A DNA stretch of 42,176 nucleotides, from IMG/VR virus record IMGVR_UViG_3300042922_000210, positions 1-42,176 of that record. The stretch is one strand, 5' to 3'. Below the pieces are notes generated by a model, which saw only the letters and a program-made list of their open reading frames with translations, was not told the DNA's origin and ran no database searches. This stretch comes from a virus. The translations under genes and the position numbers were made by a program. Below are positions 24,001 to 31,305 of this stretch, piece after piece (positions within the stretch are counted from its first letter, which is position 1; each line of letters opens with the position of its first letter).

Positions 24001-25621
24001 ACTCAATGTCTGCTTGCGTCAGAGGCTGCTTTGCATTGACCTTGTTCATGATTTCCTGTTCACGCGTCAAAGTGCTGCTTCTGATCGTCCCTTCGGATGA
24101 CGTACCAACCGAACCCCTTCTGCCCAATACCTGCGTTGGTGCAGCAGCATCAGCAAACACCTGCGGAGCTGAACTTTTAACTGGGTTTCCTACACCTGCC
24201 ACCTCGCGCATTTCTTGATTGGCTCGGGCCGCGCCGACCATACCTTTCTGCGGAACGGCGGTACGTTTCGGATAAGCCAGATCAATCAGTTCGTTGAGGC
24301 TTGGATCCGTGCGGTCAGCCATTTGGGACCATATGTTCTCCAGTTCCAAGTCTTCGCGACCCGGTGTTAATGGACGCTTTTGTGCTTCAGCAATAAGGTT
24401 TTCGAACTTCTGCCGGTACACGTTGGTACGTTGTTCAATACGTGCTGTCGTGGCTGTACTTCGTCCAGGTGGTAGTGCCAACAGTTCAGGTGATTGTGGC
24501 AGAGCTAAAGGATTCGTTTCAGGCAGGTTATTTCTGATTTCGCTTTGCGGTACAATCTCCGCCTGACGAGGTGTAAATACTTCTTCCAGCGTTGCGGCGA
24601 CTTCATCATCTGCCCGGCCGGATCTCTTCATGATCTTGCTGAGTGCAGATGTGAGTCCTTCGCTGGCTGCAGCGCCTATACCACCAAGTACACCGCCTGC
24701 CGCGGTCCCTAAGAGGGCGTTACGGGCGATTTCGTTGCCGCTGTCTTGTCCTTGTTGCAGCCCGAATCCTACACCCTGCATGCCGCCTGCAAGCGCCTCT
24801 GTGGCTGTCACACGCGCAACGTTCTGTGAACCCGGAATAACTTTGCTAGCTGCGTTGAGAATGGATTGCCCAGCTTTACCGCTCAACGCCTTCTCTGTCG
24901 CTCCATACGTTGATCCGATAATGCCTTGGCCCACTGGCGCACCTGTAGGTGTCACAAAAGGTGTCACAAAGTTGTTAATTGCATCGGTCACCTTGTCAAT
25001 TACAGGGAATTTTGTAGTGTCTCTACGGGTCGCACCAGAGTTACCAGCAAAAGCCCGGGACACCGCCACCACTGCTGGATTACCCTGTGTGATGTAGTTC
25101 ATGATATTCGCGTATGCTTTAACTGCGTACGGCACAGAGTCGTTGGCTATTTCTTTCTTGGTGATCTCATATTGCGAAACTCCAGGGATGTTTGAAGCAT
25201 TAGCCGGTCCGCGTCCGGTCTGCTGCACGAGGTTGGCTGCTGGAACTTTATCCTTCAGTGTGGATTGAACTCCCTGGCCGGTTTGGATCAGGTTGGCGGC
25301 CGGTAGCTTATCCTGAAATACAGATGCGTTTTTCTTAGATTGTTCTGCTTTGAAATCAATCGTCTTCTGCGGATCCGGAGTAGTGTTGAATCCCTGCGGC
25401 TGTGAACCAATACCGACTCCTGCCAGTGTGTCACCAAGGATCTCCTTTGTTCTGGATGATTCTGCTGAGTCTGTAGATGTTGTATCTGTAACCTTTCGAT
25501 TACGGACGGCAGAAAATGAACTTTCTGGCTGTTCCTCTGCAGGTGAATAGGTCCGAGACAGCACGCGCTGCTTGGCCTCTTCACCCCTTTTTCGATTGCG
25601 AACTGCGTCAAAAGTGGCCAT
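21074..25621 (-). CDS. giant virion-associated protein (1515 aa), probable ejection/internal protein
   Basis: Largest ORF. N-terminal repeats (F.AVRNRK x2, DK.PAANL.Q x2) and Gly-rich hydrophobic segment GTAAGGVLGGIGAAA; sits beside the SLT. Confidence 0.85.
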   Translation of the reverse strand: MATFDAVRNRKRGEEAKQRVLSRTYSPAEEQPESSFSAVRNRKVTDTTSTDSAESSRTKEILGDTLAGVGIGSQPQGFNTTPDPQKTIDFKAEQSKKNASVFQDKLPAANLIQTGQGVQSTLKDKVPAANLVQQTGRGPANASNIPGVSQYEITKKEIANDSVPYAVKAYANIMNYITQGNPAVVAVSRAFAGNSGATRRDTTKFPVIDKVTDAINNFVTPFVTPTGAPVGQGIIGSTYGATEKALSGKAGQSILNAASKVIPGSQNVARVTATEALAGGMQGVGFGLQQGQDSGNEIARNALLGTAAGGVLGGIGAAASEGLTSALSKIMKRSGRADDEVAATLEEVFTPRQAEIVPQSEIRNNLPETNPLALPQSPELLALPPGRSTATTARIEQRTNVYRQKFENLIAEAQKRPLTPGREDLELENIWSQMADRTDPSLNELIDLAYPKRTAVPQKGMVGAARANQEMREVAGVGNPVKSSAPQVFADAAAPTQVLGRRGSVGTSSEGTIRSSTLTREQEIMNKVNAKQPLTQADIEFAQSAEFDKNKLFPESTPEKSTYAKARPAQPEVKSPSKPEPVMKSTPKNEVQEVEEAIKAVNQPNVRDKVYSYLDEAEKAARERIAKRKGYLNSSPLPEWADYAVIMAAKLGKGTIKVANFTEELVKEFGESARPHAEKILRMSREELRKQERLASKEGKSAVEFNAKPEGDAASFAEKISRNAPKKSTPFAERWQKWRTQTTDDLAALETVEKNVRGGKLSSAEDSLYKAARMFKGAPERASQIVQDRLGSVINKVEQAGNSVEDLELYALAKHAQDVNAAGYKSGFTNQEIKSILNEFGSDEMKAAQQELVKVNRDMLKELLDSGVVSQELYDVLGERWKNYIPLFREMDNEKVGFGDGLSSALANVTSPIKALQGSERKVIAPLENMVKNIFQSVNAAERNKVAQQITKLAELDENGTYIRKLTNAEQVGEKNVVKVKVDGKEVRYEVQPEVYKALMNLDQESSNTLMNILSKPASLLRAGATITPEFALRNPIRDINNAFVVSESGFNPITDFGAGLIQTIKKGPLYKDWIDNLGAYGNTLSLDRNVHKKALETVLKQPNSKKFVNLVNGKSLIGLLRSISDTTESATKVGEYRAALRSGASKQEAAYRSRDLMDFARAGSSIRPTNRIVAFLNANIQGKSKLIRAIKNDWVGVTTRGIVSVTVPTIGIFILNHKYANDTQKSTISNAPDWMKDSFWLMAIPGTDTVARIPKPFDLATLFANLPEKALSFVLDKDPEAFDGYVRRSIKSNALPTQISGILPVIEGMSNYSFFKEGSIIPKAEQGLQYKDQYDPVRTTSTARIIAGGVDKLTGGKGSFKNFSSPRVIDNTLQGLTAGLGKYATDAIDIILDKTGAYERTTKPAKSIEQAPFTRSFLVDPNQGGKAMDKFYSLKDKLTKEKSSSKLNKVPFKKLSELERINNVSEVVSDINKSIKAIERGELSAKEKQLKIEPLIKRRNDLVQRVTQSLKDKK

Positions 25622-25625
25622 TTCC

Positions 25626-26018
25626 TCACCGTCCTAATATTTTTTTGATGTAGTTCTTTGTTTCTGTAGGCGCATGTTGTAACCAATTGTTGCCGTATTT
25701 CTTTACTGCCTTGTCTACATTCCCACCGCCCCAGTTGTAGCCTGCCAGTGCTTTGGAAACATCTCCATCATACTTGGCAATGAGTCCGTTCAACATTTTC
25801 CCAGCGGCGTCTGCAGCTTGATTCACGTTGTATGGATCAATATTGTAGCCCTTGGCTGTCGCTGGCATGAACTGGAACATGCCTGAGGCTCCGCTCTTGC
25901 TGTTGGTTGCGTTAGGATTGAAGCTAGACTCCGCACTGGCGACAGCAGCAAGCAACCCATCTGGTAGTCCATACTTACTTGTTGCCGACGATATTACTCC
26001 GGCGTATTTTGTCGGCAC
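25626..26018 (-). CDS. lytic transglycosylase (SLT domain) virion protein
   Basis: AESSFNPNATNSKSGASGMFQFMPATAKGY...GYNWG. Confidence 0.9.
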   Translation of the reverse strand: MPTKYAGVISSATSKYGLPDGLLAAVASAESSFNPNATNSKSGASGMFQFMPATAKGYNIDPYNVNQAADAAGKMLNGLIAKYDGDVSKALAGYNWGGGNVDKAVKKYGNNWLQHAPTETKNYIKKILGR

Positions 26019-26041
26019 CTTAACGGATGCTACGCCGGACG

Positions 26042-27550
26042 TTACTCCCCCGAATATTGCTTAATGAGTGAATCAATTTCTTTCTTGGTCATGCCAAGTG
26101 ATAAAAGAATTTGATTGGTCTCTGAATCACTTAGCCCATAGTCAACAACAGTTTCAAACATTTGTTTTCTTTTCCCAGAATCTGTTGTGATTTTTGTTTT
26201 TCCAGTATCTTTCTGGACCAATTCACCATTAGCGTCATATTCTGTTCCTGTCGTGTAAATAGGTTCAGAATACAATGATTTCACACTTTCTAATACTTGG
26301 TTAGGCGTTAAACTGCTGGTCTTTGTTGATCCCGGTTGTGACTGGTCATAATCAAGCGTAGCCCATGCCCGGGCGTTATCGTCCTGGGAGAGCGCCAATT
26401 GAGCTTGACGGTATGCCTGATCATTCTGCTGTGACAATTGCTGTAGGCCATAACTCAGGCCGTTTTGTCGTACATCCTCGTCAAACTTAGCCTGCCATTG
26501 CTTATCAGAGATGGCATCACGCGCTTTAGTGTAAGCAAACTGTTCACCGTACTGCTTATCCGCTGTATCCAGTTGGCGGGTCTGAGTGGCTTGGTTAAAT
26601 GTCTGATTCTGTGCTGCCAAGTCCTGGTTCTGTCCGGCCAGCGTGCGAATAGTTGGTGTGATCTGTCCTGCTGTGACGGAGTTTGTATTCGCTCCCAGTT
26701 TGCTGATATCCACGCCCATGGTAGACAGCATAGCCCGGATACCGTCAGCCTGATTGCTTAACTTGCTGCGGTCTGCTGCGGTGATGCCTTTAGCCTCGGC
26801 CTGCTGCTTCAGGGACATTAGTTGAGAGTAAAGCTGCTGCGCCTGCTCGCCGCCCGGCAGGTTACCCGTGAGCCCTGCGGTGGTATTGGTGTTATCGATA
26901 GCACGTTGATCCTCACTGAGGTAGGAATTCGCTACAGTGCCAAGGTTAGCGAACTGCTGCTGCTCTTGTGCCAATTGATCCGCATATTTCTGGTAAGCTT
27001 GCTGCATCAGCTGCGGTAGGACGGTTGTCTCCACGTTAGCTTTTTCTAAAGCACCTATTTCTGCGGATCTATCAGTCGTGATAGAACTATTCAGAATATT
27101 TCTCCGATTCATTTCTGCTTGTACCTGCGAGGTTCCAGCATCAATATTCGCGCTGGCTCGTTTCAATGCTGCTTGGTAGGCTGGATCAGTTTCGGGATCA
27201 TACGAAAACGGTGTGACCTGACGGTTAGCTATAGCCGCCATCTGTGCCATGTAATCAGATCCTTGCTGTGCATTTGTCTTAGGCGCTGCGACCGCTGGCG
27301 CTGCCGGTGCTGCGGTTGTAGTTGCTGCCGGAGCTTTGTACCCAAGCTGCTGCGTGAGGTACTTCTGTTGGCCGCTGGTGTCCAGTCCCTGTGCTTGTCG
27401 CTGCGCAATCACCTGTAAGGCTCGTTGCTGCTCACTGGCTACATATCCGGGATCATTGTTGATCTTTAGTTGATTCTGCACGAGTTTCTTCTTGGCTTCT
27501 GCTGCGGCTGTGTTGTAGTCCACTACGCCATTTCCTAACGTTGTCGCCAT
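26042..27550 (-). CDS. Gln/Ala-rich virion protein (502 aa), probable internal/ejection protein
   Basis: ATG at 27550 after AAAGGAGTGAG; Q-rich coiled segments. Confidence 0.8.
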   Translation of the reverse strand: MATTLGNGVVDYNTAAAEAKKKLVQNQLKINNDPGYVASEQQRALQVIAQRQAQGLDTSGQQKYLTQQLGYKAPAATTTAAPAAPAVAAPKTNAQQGSDYMAQMAAIANRQVTPFSYDPETDPAYQAALKRASANIDAGTSQVQAEMNRRNILNSSITTDRSAEIGALEKANVETTVLPQLMQQAYQKYADQLAQEQQQFANLGTVANSYLSEDQRAIDNTNTTAGLTGNLPGGEQAQQLYSQLMSLKQQAEAKGITAADRSKLSNQADGIRAMLSTMGVDISKLGANTNSVTAGQITPTIRTLAGQNQDLAAQNQTFNQATQTRQLDTADKQYGEQFAYTKARDAISDKQWQAKFDEDVRQNGLSYGLQQLSQQNDQAYRQAQLALSQDDNARAWATLDYDQSQPGSTKTSSLTPNQVLESVKSLYSEPIYTTGTEYDANGELVQKDTGKTKITTDSGKRKQMFETVVDYGLSDSETNQILLSLGMTKKEIDSLIKQYSGE

Positions 27551-27571
27551 CTTCTCACTCCTTTGCAATAG

Positions 27572-27594
27572 AAAAAGGACCCCGTATGGAGTCC
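27572..27594 (-). terminator. intrinsic terminator after the secreted-protein moron
   Basis: GGACTCC-atac-GGGGTCC followed by TTTTTC. The G-U pair is valid only on the minus-strand RNA. Confidence 0.7.
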
Positions 27595-27651
27595 TCTGGC
27601 CGATCTGTTATTTATTTCAGTGTAGCATGTGGGGTCAATAGGTTTTGATTA

Positions 27652-28263
27652 TTATTGTTGCATTTTCGATAGTTCAGTTTGTAAATCAGATAATACTTTT
27701 GTTTCATCGTTTATTTTTTTCTGCATTGCTTCTTTTGCACTTAACGCTGTGTTGTACTTATCTTGAGCTTCTTTTATTGAGTCTGCGGGGGCCTGTGGAT
27801 TTGCGTTTATTGTATCAAGCATAGCCTTAGTTCTAACTATTTCACTTTCAGATAATGTCAATGCTTTTGTATAACTTTCCAGTTTACGCTTGGAACTTGT
27901 AATGTCACGGTTTAATTTATCCTTATATGCAGCGTCATCATTTTCTTTCTGTTCCTTATCCATTTTAGCTTGTTCTTCTTGTGCTATTCTTGCATTATCT
28001 TCGTTAGAAGTTTCCGTTAAATTAACCTGAGTGTTATCCACGTTTACCTCCAATCCTAGGGCATTAGCTGCGGATCTAACTGGTATATAACTTGTACCGT
28101 TAATCACAGCGCCTTGACCTATAGATGATCCATTGAGTTTAATGTCTAAAGTATTATCTACCTTGCTACCCAATAACTTTGATCCAGCACCGTATATCTG
28201 CGGCGAAAGCGTAAGTGTTGCCCCGATGACAAAACCAACCACTAGCATTCCGAATTTCTTCAT
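27652..28263 (-). CDS. secreted protein with copper-amine-oxidase-N-like stalk domain and coiled-coil tail (203 aa); moron
   Basis: Signal peptide MKKFGMLVVGFVIGATLTLSPQIYGA. DIKLNGSSIGQGAVINGTSYIPVRSAANALGLEV. Confidence 0.8.
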   Translation of the reverse strand: MKKFGMLVVGFVIGATLTLSPQIYGAGSKLLGSKVDNTLDIKLNGSSIGQGAVINGTSYIPVRSAANALGLEVNVDNTQVNLTETSNEDNARIAQEEQAKMDKEQKENDDAAYKDKLNRDITSSKRKLESYTKALTLSESEIVRTKAMLDTINANPQAPADSIKEAQDKYNTALSAKEAMQKKINDETKVLSDLQTELSKMQQ

Positions 28264-28293
28264 AATTGCACCCCAATGTTAGACTTTGGGATA

Positions 28294-28302
28294 AGTATAG
28301 CA
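28294..28302 (-). promoter_or_regulatory. extended -10 (TGcTATACT) upstream of the moron
   Basis: Read on the minus strand, 31 nt before the ATG at 28263; no clear -35. Confidence 0.4.
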
Positions 28303-28303
28303 T

Positions 28304-29038
28304 TTAATTTTGGGCGTGTGAATGCAAAGGTACTCCTGTCCATGTAACTGTACCGCCTCCAGATACCATCAGTACTGTTCCAATAGGTATACCTCCATTC
28401 GCTGAACCAGAAAGGCTTGTTGATATCCCTACAGTAGCCTTTCCCGCTAGTTCATCACTCAATGTATCGAATTCATCTTGAAGTGAAAGTCCATCCTCCT
28501 TAATAAGTCCACTCCAGTCCGACTTTGGAACAAGAACATATTCGGCTGATCGCAAATCAGTTGAACTATAGGAAGATACTGTTATACCCGAATATCCCTC
28601 GACAGCCAGAACGCCTAATAAAGTATTGATTCTGCCCTTAATAGCCCCAGCACTCCACACTTCTAATGCTGGAGAACCGCCATAATCAGCAACAATACGG
28701 ATGAAATTATCTGCATCTTTATATGCACCGAACAAATCGCTCGTAGAGCTCATTTCTGCTCTCGGATATGCAGCTTCCTTGGTTGCAATATACGCGCCAT
28801 AGATTTCACCTGATACAATCTTACCCAGGTTTGCACTGATCGCAGATAATTCCTCCACCTGCAGTTTCAGCGCCGTCACCGTACCCTCTACCAGTAGATC
28901 ACCATCAACATAGTTCAGGTTGCGCGTATCCAAGTTGTTCAGCAGCCACGACAGTTCCTTCGTCATTTTACCGACAGCGTTCTTTAAATCCGATAGCGAG
29001 GTCATACCCTCAACATTCGGCAAGTTAACTCCAGCCAT
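28304..29038 (-). CDS. tail fibre-like protein (244 aa)
   Basis: ATG at 29038 (TAATG overlap) after GGGAGGAA; coiled N-part, Gly/Ser-rich C-tip. Confidence 0.7.
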   Translation of the reverse strand: MAGVNLPNVEGMTSLSDLKNAVGKMTKELSWLLNNLDTRNLNYVDGDLLVEGTVTALKLQVEELSAISANLGKIVSGEIYGAYIATKEAAYPRAEMSSTSDLFGAYKDADNFIRIVADYGGSPALEVWSAGAIKGRINTLLGVLAVEGYSGITVSSYSSTDLRSAEYVLVPKSDWSGLIKEDGLSLQDEFDTLSDELAGKATVGISTSLSGSANGGIPIGTVLMVSGGGTVTWTGVPLHSHAQN

Positions 29039-29721
29039 TATGAATTCCTCCCTGTGACCTCGCGGATAATGCGGTGTATTTTGACCTTCCCAGTACCGTA
29101 TAGCTTCAGGCGGTACCATATTTGCGGTGTGTTGACGATTACCGGTATGCGGATGCTTTGAATAGCTCCGGTGCCGTTGGTCGTGGAGTTTACCACGTTC
29201 CAGGTGGAACCTTCTGTGCCTGTGGCGTAGGCCGCATAGAGAGAAGAGCTCGGCTCAATATCCGCAATCACCCACAGGCGGTTAATGGTCTTCCGGACGG
29301 TTTCGTCACCTTCACTGAACGGTTTAGTTTCAATAGACCAGTTGATTACCGCCCCGTTGTCTGTTGCCCCTCCCATTTGCAGCACCTGACCGTCTACAGT
29401 CCCGATGTAGAGCGTCTGACCGTCAAGGTAATAAGATGTAGCCACAAAGCTACAAGGCCACCAGCGGCCACCCTGTAGGTCGTATTTGAGAGTTATGTTA
29501 GGAAGGGTATTTCCCCCGGTCACTAGGGACAGGTAAAGAAAACGCCCATCAGTGCCGGCCACGCAGTGTTTCGCGTAAGCTTGGTTGATGGACGCAATGT
29601 AATTTTTGATAGGATCGCTTATTTTGACGGGTGCGGCCCCTCCTGAGTAGGAATATACTCCGTCAGGGCCTAGCCAAAAAGCGCCGAATTGGTTGGAACG
29701 ATGGTCCGATCTGAGATACAA
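29038..29721 (-). CDS. beta-propeller-like tail protein, C-terminal part (frame -1 relative to 29670..30428)
   Basis: No credible own start (TTG directly abutting GGGGTAGG). Joins the upstream ORF across an A5/T5 run at 29676-29680. Confidence 0.7.
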   Translation of the reverse strand: MYLRSDHRSNQFGAFWLGPDGVYSYSGGAAPVKISDPIKNYIASINQAYAKHCVAGTDGRFLYLSLVTGGNTLPNITLKYDLQGGRWWPCSFVATSYYLDGQTLYIGTVDGQVLQMGGATDNGAVINWSIETKPFSEGDETVRKTINRLWVIADIEPSSSLYAAYATGTEGSTWNVVNSTTNGTGAIQSIRIPVIVNTPQIWYRLKLYGTGKVKIHRIIREVTGRNS

Positions 29722-30428
29722 CCTACCCCGTAAGGGTTTTGCATCTGGAAGTTGGTTGAATCCTCACCGTACAGCTCGTGTAGTGTGTACTTTTTGAACA
29801 GTATCACATGATCCGCGTAAGCAATAAGGCCAGTTGGCTTCTCTCCGTCCGGCGTTTCAACGGTGATCTTCCCGGTTCCGGTGTATTTGTTGGTGCTCGT
29901 CCAGTCCGCAGCATCTCGCAGGCCGGAGTATGACAACAGGTTGTCGTTGCGGTTCGCCAGATAGAACCGGTTGGCGTGTGTTGTAAGGAACGCACTGGAT
30001 GCCGGGGCAGCGCTCATCGTGGTTAAAGTGGTGCCGTCCCATTGCTGCAGCTGAAGAGATCCGTCCAAGAAGTAAAGCTTACTGCCATCGAAGAACATAG
30101 CCGCATCCCATAGCCGATCATTGTTTACGTCACCATGCTCATACACAGACACCCAGGAGGAACCTGTAAAGCGATACAGGCCCCTTCCATTGCCACAGTA
30201 CCAAACACCCAGGAACTTGAACAGGCGGTTAATATAGCCCGTGTGGGTGCTGTGCAGTGCGTACCCGTCACGCACCTGAAGCGTTGGATAAATAAAAGAG
30301 TCCACATTGAGTGCCGCGGTACTTTGACCGTCAGCAAGCTCTATGGACTCTACGGATTGATTTATGCCATCGGCCAGCGTGACAATGACTGGTTTGGATT
30401 TATTCGGTGCAGATACCCAAGGTTGCAT
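29670..30428 (-). CDS. beta-propeller-like tail protein, N-terminal part
   Basis: ATG after AAAGGAGGTG; repeated LY(F/R).(D/T)G-type blades. Confidence 0.75.
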   Translation of the reverse strand: MQPWVSAPNKSKPVIVTLADGINQSVESIELADGQSTAALNVDSFIYPTLQVRDGYALHSTHTGYINRLFKFLGVWYCGNGRGLYRFTGSSWVSVYEHGDVNNDRLWDAAMFFDGSKLYFLDGSLQLQQWDGTTLTTMSAAPASSAFLTTHANRFYLANRNDNLLSYSGLRDAADWTSTNKYTGTGKITVETPDGEKPTGLIAYADHVILFKKYTLHELYGEDSTNFQMQNPYGVGCISDRTIVPTNSALFG

Positions 30429-30553
30429 GAAGCACCTCCTTTCTTATTGCGCAGTATGATCCTACTATTCAAAACTTTTTATAATAGTATAAATCCTCCA
30501 TTTCCTTTAAAATGAGACATGCGTTGTCATTTTTTAGAAAGGAGGTAAAGCAT

Positions 30554-30796
30554 TTGAAAAAGATAAGACTAAAGATCATACCAAAACCAGACGAAGGAAC
30601 AGCCACTGTTTTCACTAAAGGCAATAGCCCTAATCGAGAACCCTTTATAAAGGGTGAAGGAAGTTATAAACTGACTTGTGGATTCTGCGATTTCGTTCTC
30701 GCTCAAGGTGTGGAATTATCAGGGGTAACAGGCATTGTACTTCACTGCCCTAAATGCAAGAAGTACAACCTGTCTAGTCCACCTACACAAGATTAG
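30554..30796 (+). CDS. zinc-ribbon protein (80 aa), opposite-strand moron in the tail module
   Basis: TTG at 30554, 8 nt after AAAGGAGG; CGFCDF...HCPKCKKY. Confidence 0.65.
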   Translation: MKKIRLKIIPKPDEGTATVFTKGNSPNREPFIKGEGSYKLTCGFCDFVLAQGVELSGVTGIVLHCPKCKKYNLSSPPTQD

Positions 30797-30923
30797 AATT
30801 TTTAGTTAAGATTGTAGAATCCATATCATATGTTTTTGGACACAATACACAATCAATGTTCATGATTACCGGCTGATTTCCAACCAGTTTGAAAATCAGC
30901 CATTCTCTGATCCTTCTGAACAT
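30783..30923 (-). CDS. possible 46-aa protein, not in ORF track
   Basis: Strong RBS GGAGGTGATGAGC-ATG. The body contains a 10-bp hairpin (30871-30901) that could instead terminate the plus-strand gene. Confidence 0.3.
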   Translation of the reverse strand: MFRRIREWLIFKLVGNQPVIMNIDCVLCPKTYDMDSTILTKNSNLV

Positions 30924-30948
30924 GCTCATCACCTCCTAAAATTTAAAG

Positions 30949-30968
30949 AGCCTCCCGACAAGGAGGCT
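30949..30968. terminator. bidirectional intrinsic terminator
   Basis: AGCCTCC-cgacaa-GGAGGCT flanked by AAATTTAAAG and ATTATTTGTGTT. Confidence 0.65.
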
Positions 30969-31005
30969 ATTATTTGTGTTGAAATTTGCGATCCTCGTCC
31001 CGGCC

Positions 31006-31290
31006 CTACTCTAAAACATCAATTGCACCGGAAAACTCCGGTAATGTTTTCAAATGCTCGTATCCTTGCTTGATAAAGTTCTCTGATCCGTCTTCAACAG
31101 AGGGTACGAAATCGTAGTATTCAGACTTCAAAGGTGTTTTACCCTCTTGAATAGCTTCTTGGCTGATAAAATACTGAACCCCGATGGTAAGCTTCTCTTT
31201 ATCCCCGTTCATATTTAGAAAAAATATACGCGTGTATGAATTATCAACCTCAAGACCGTTTTCAAGTATTGATTTAGTAAGTAGTGCCAT
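31006..31290 (-). CDS. hypothetical protein (94 aa)
   Basis: ORF track; downstream of the tailspike. Confidence 0.7.
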   Translation of the reverse strand: MALLTKSILENGLEVDNSYTRIFFLNMNGDKEKLTIGVQYFISQEAIQEGKTPLKSEYYDFVPSVEDGSENFIKQGYEHLKTLPEFSGAIDVLE

Positions 31291-31305
31291 AATTATCCTC
31301 CCTTT

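Noticed and set aside
21074-25621. Giant 1515-aa protein as an N4-like virion RNA polymerase, which would make the conserved elements its promoters
   Set aside because: I could not find T7-like RNAP motifs (the Rx3Kx7YG or HD-type blocks) by eye. The protein is also less than half the size of N4 vRNAP. The claim cannot be supported without an HMM search.
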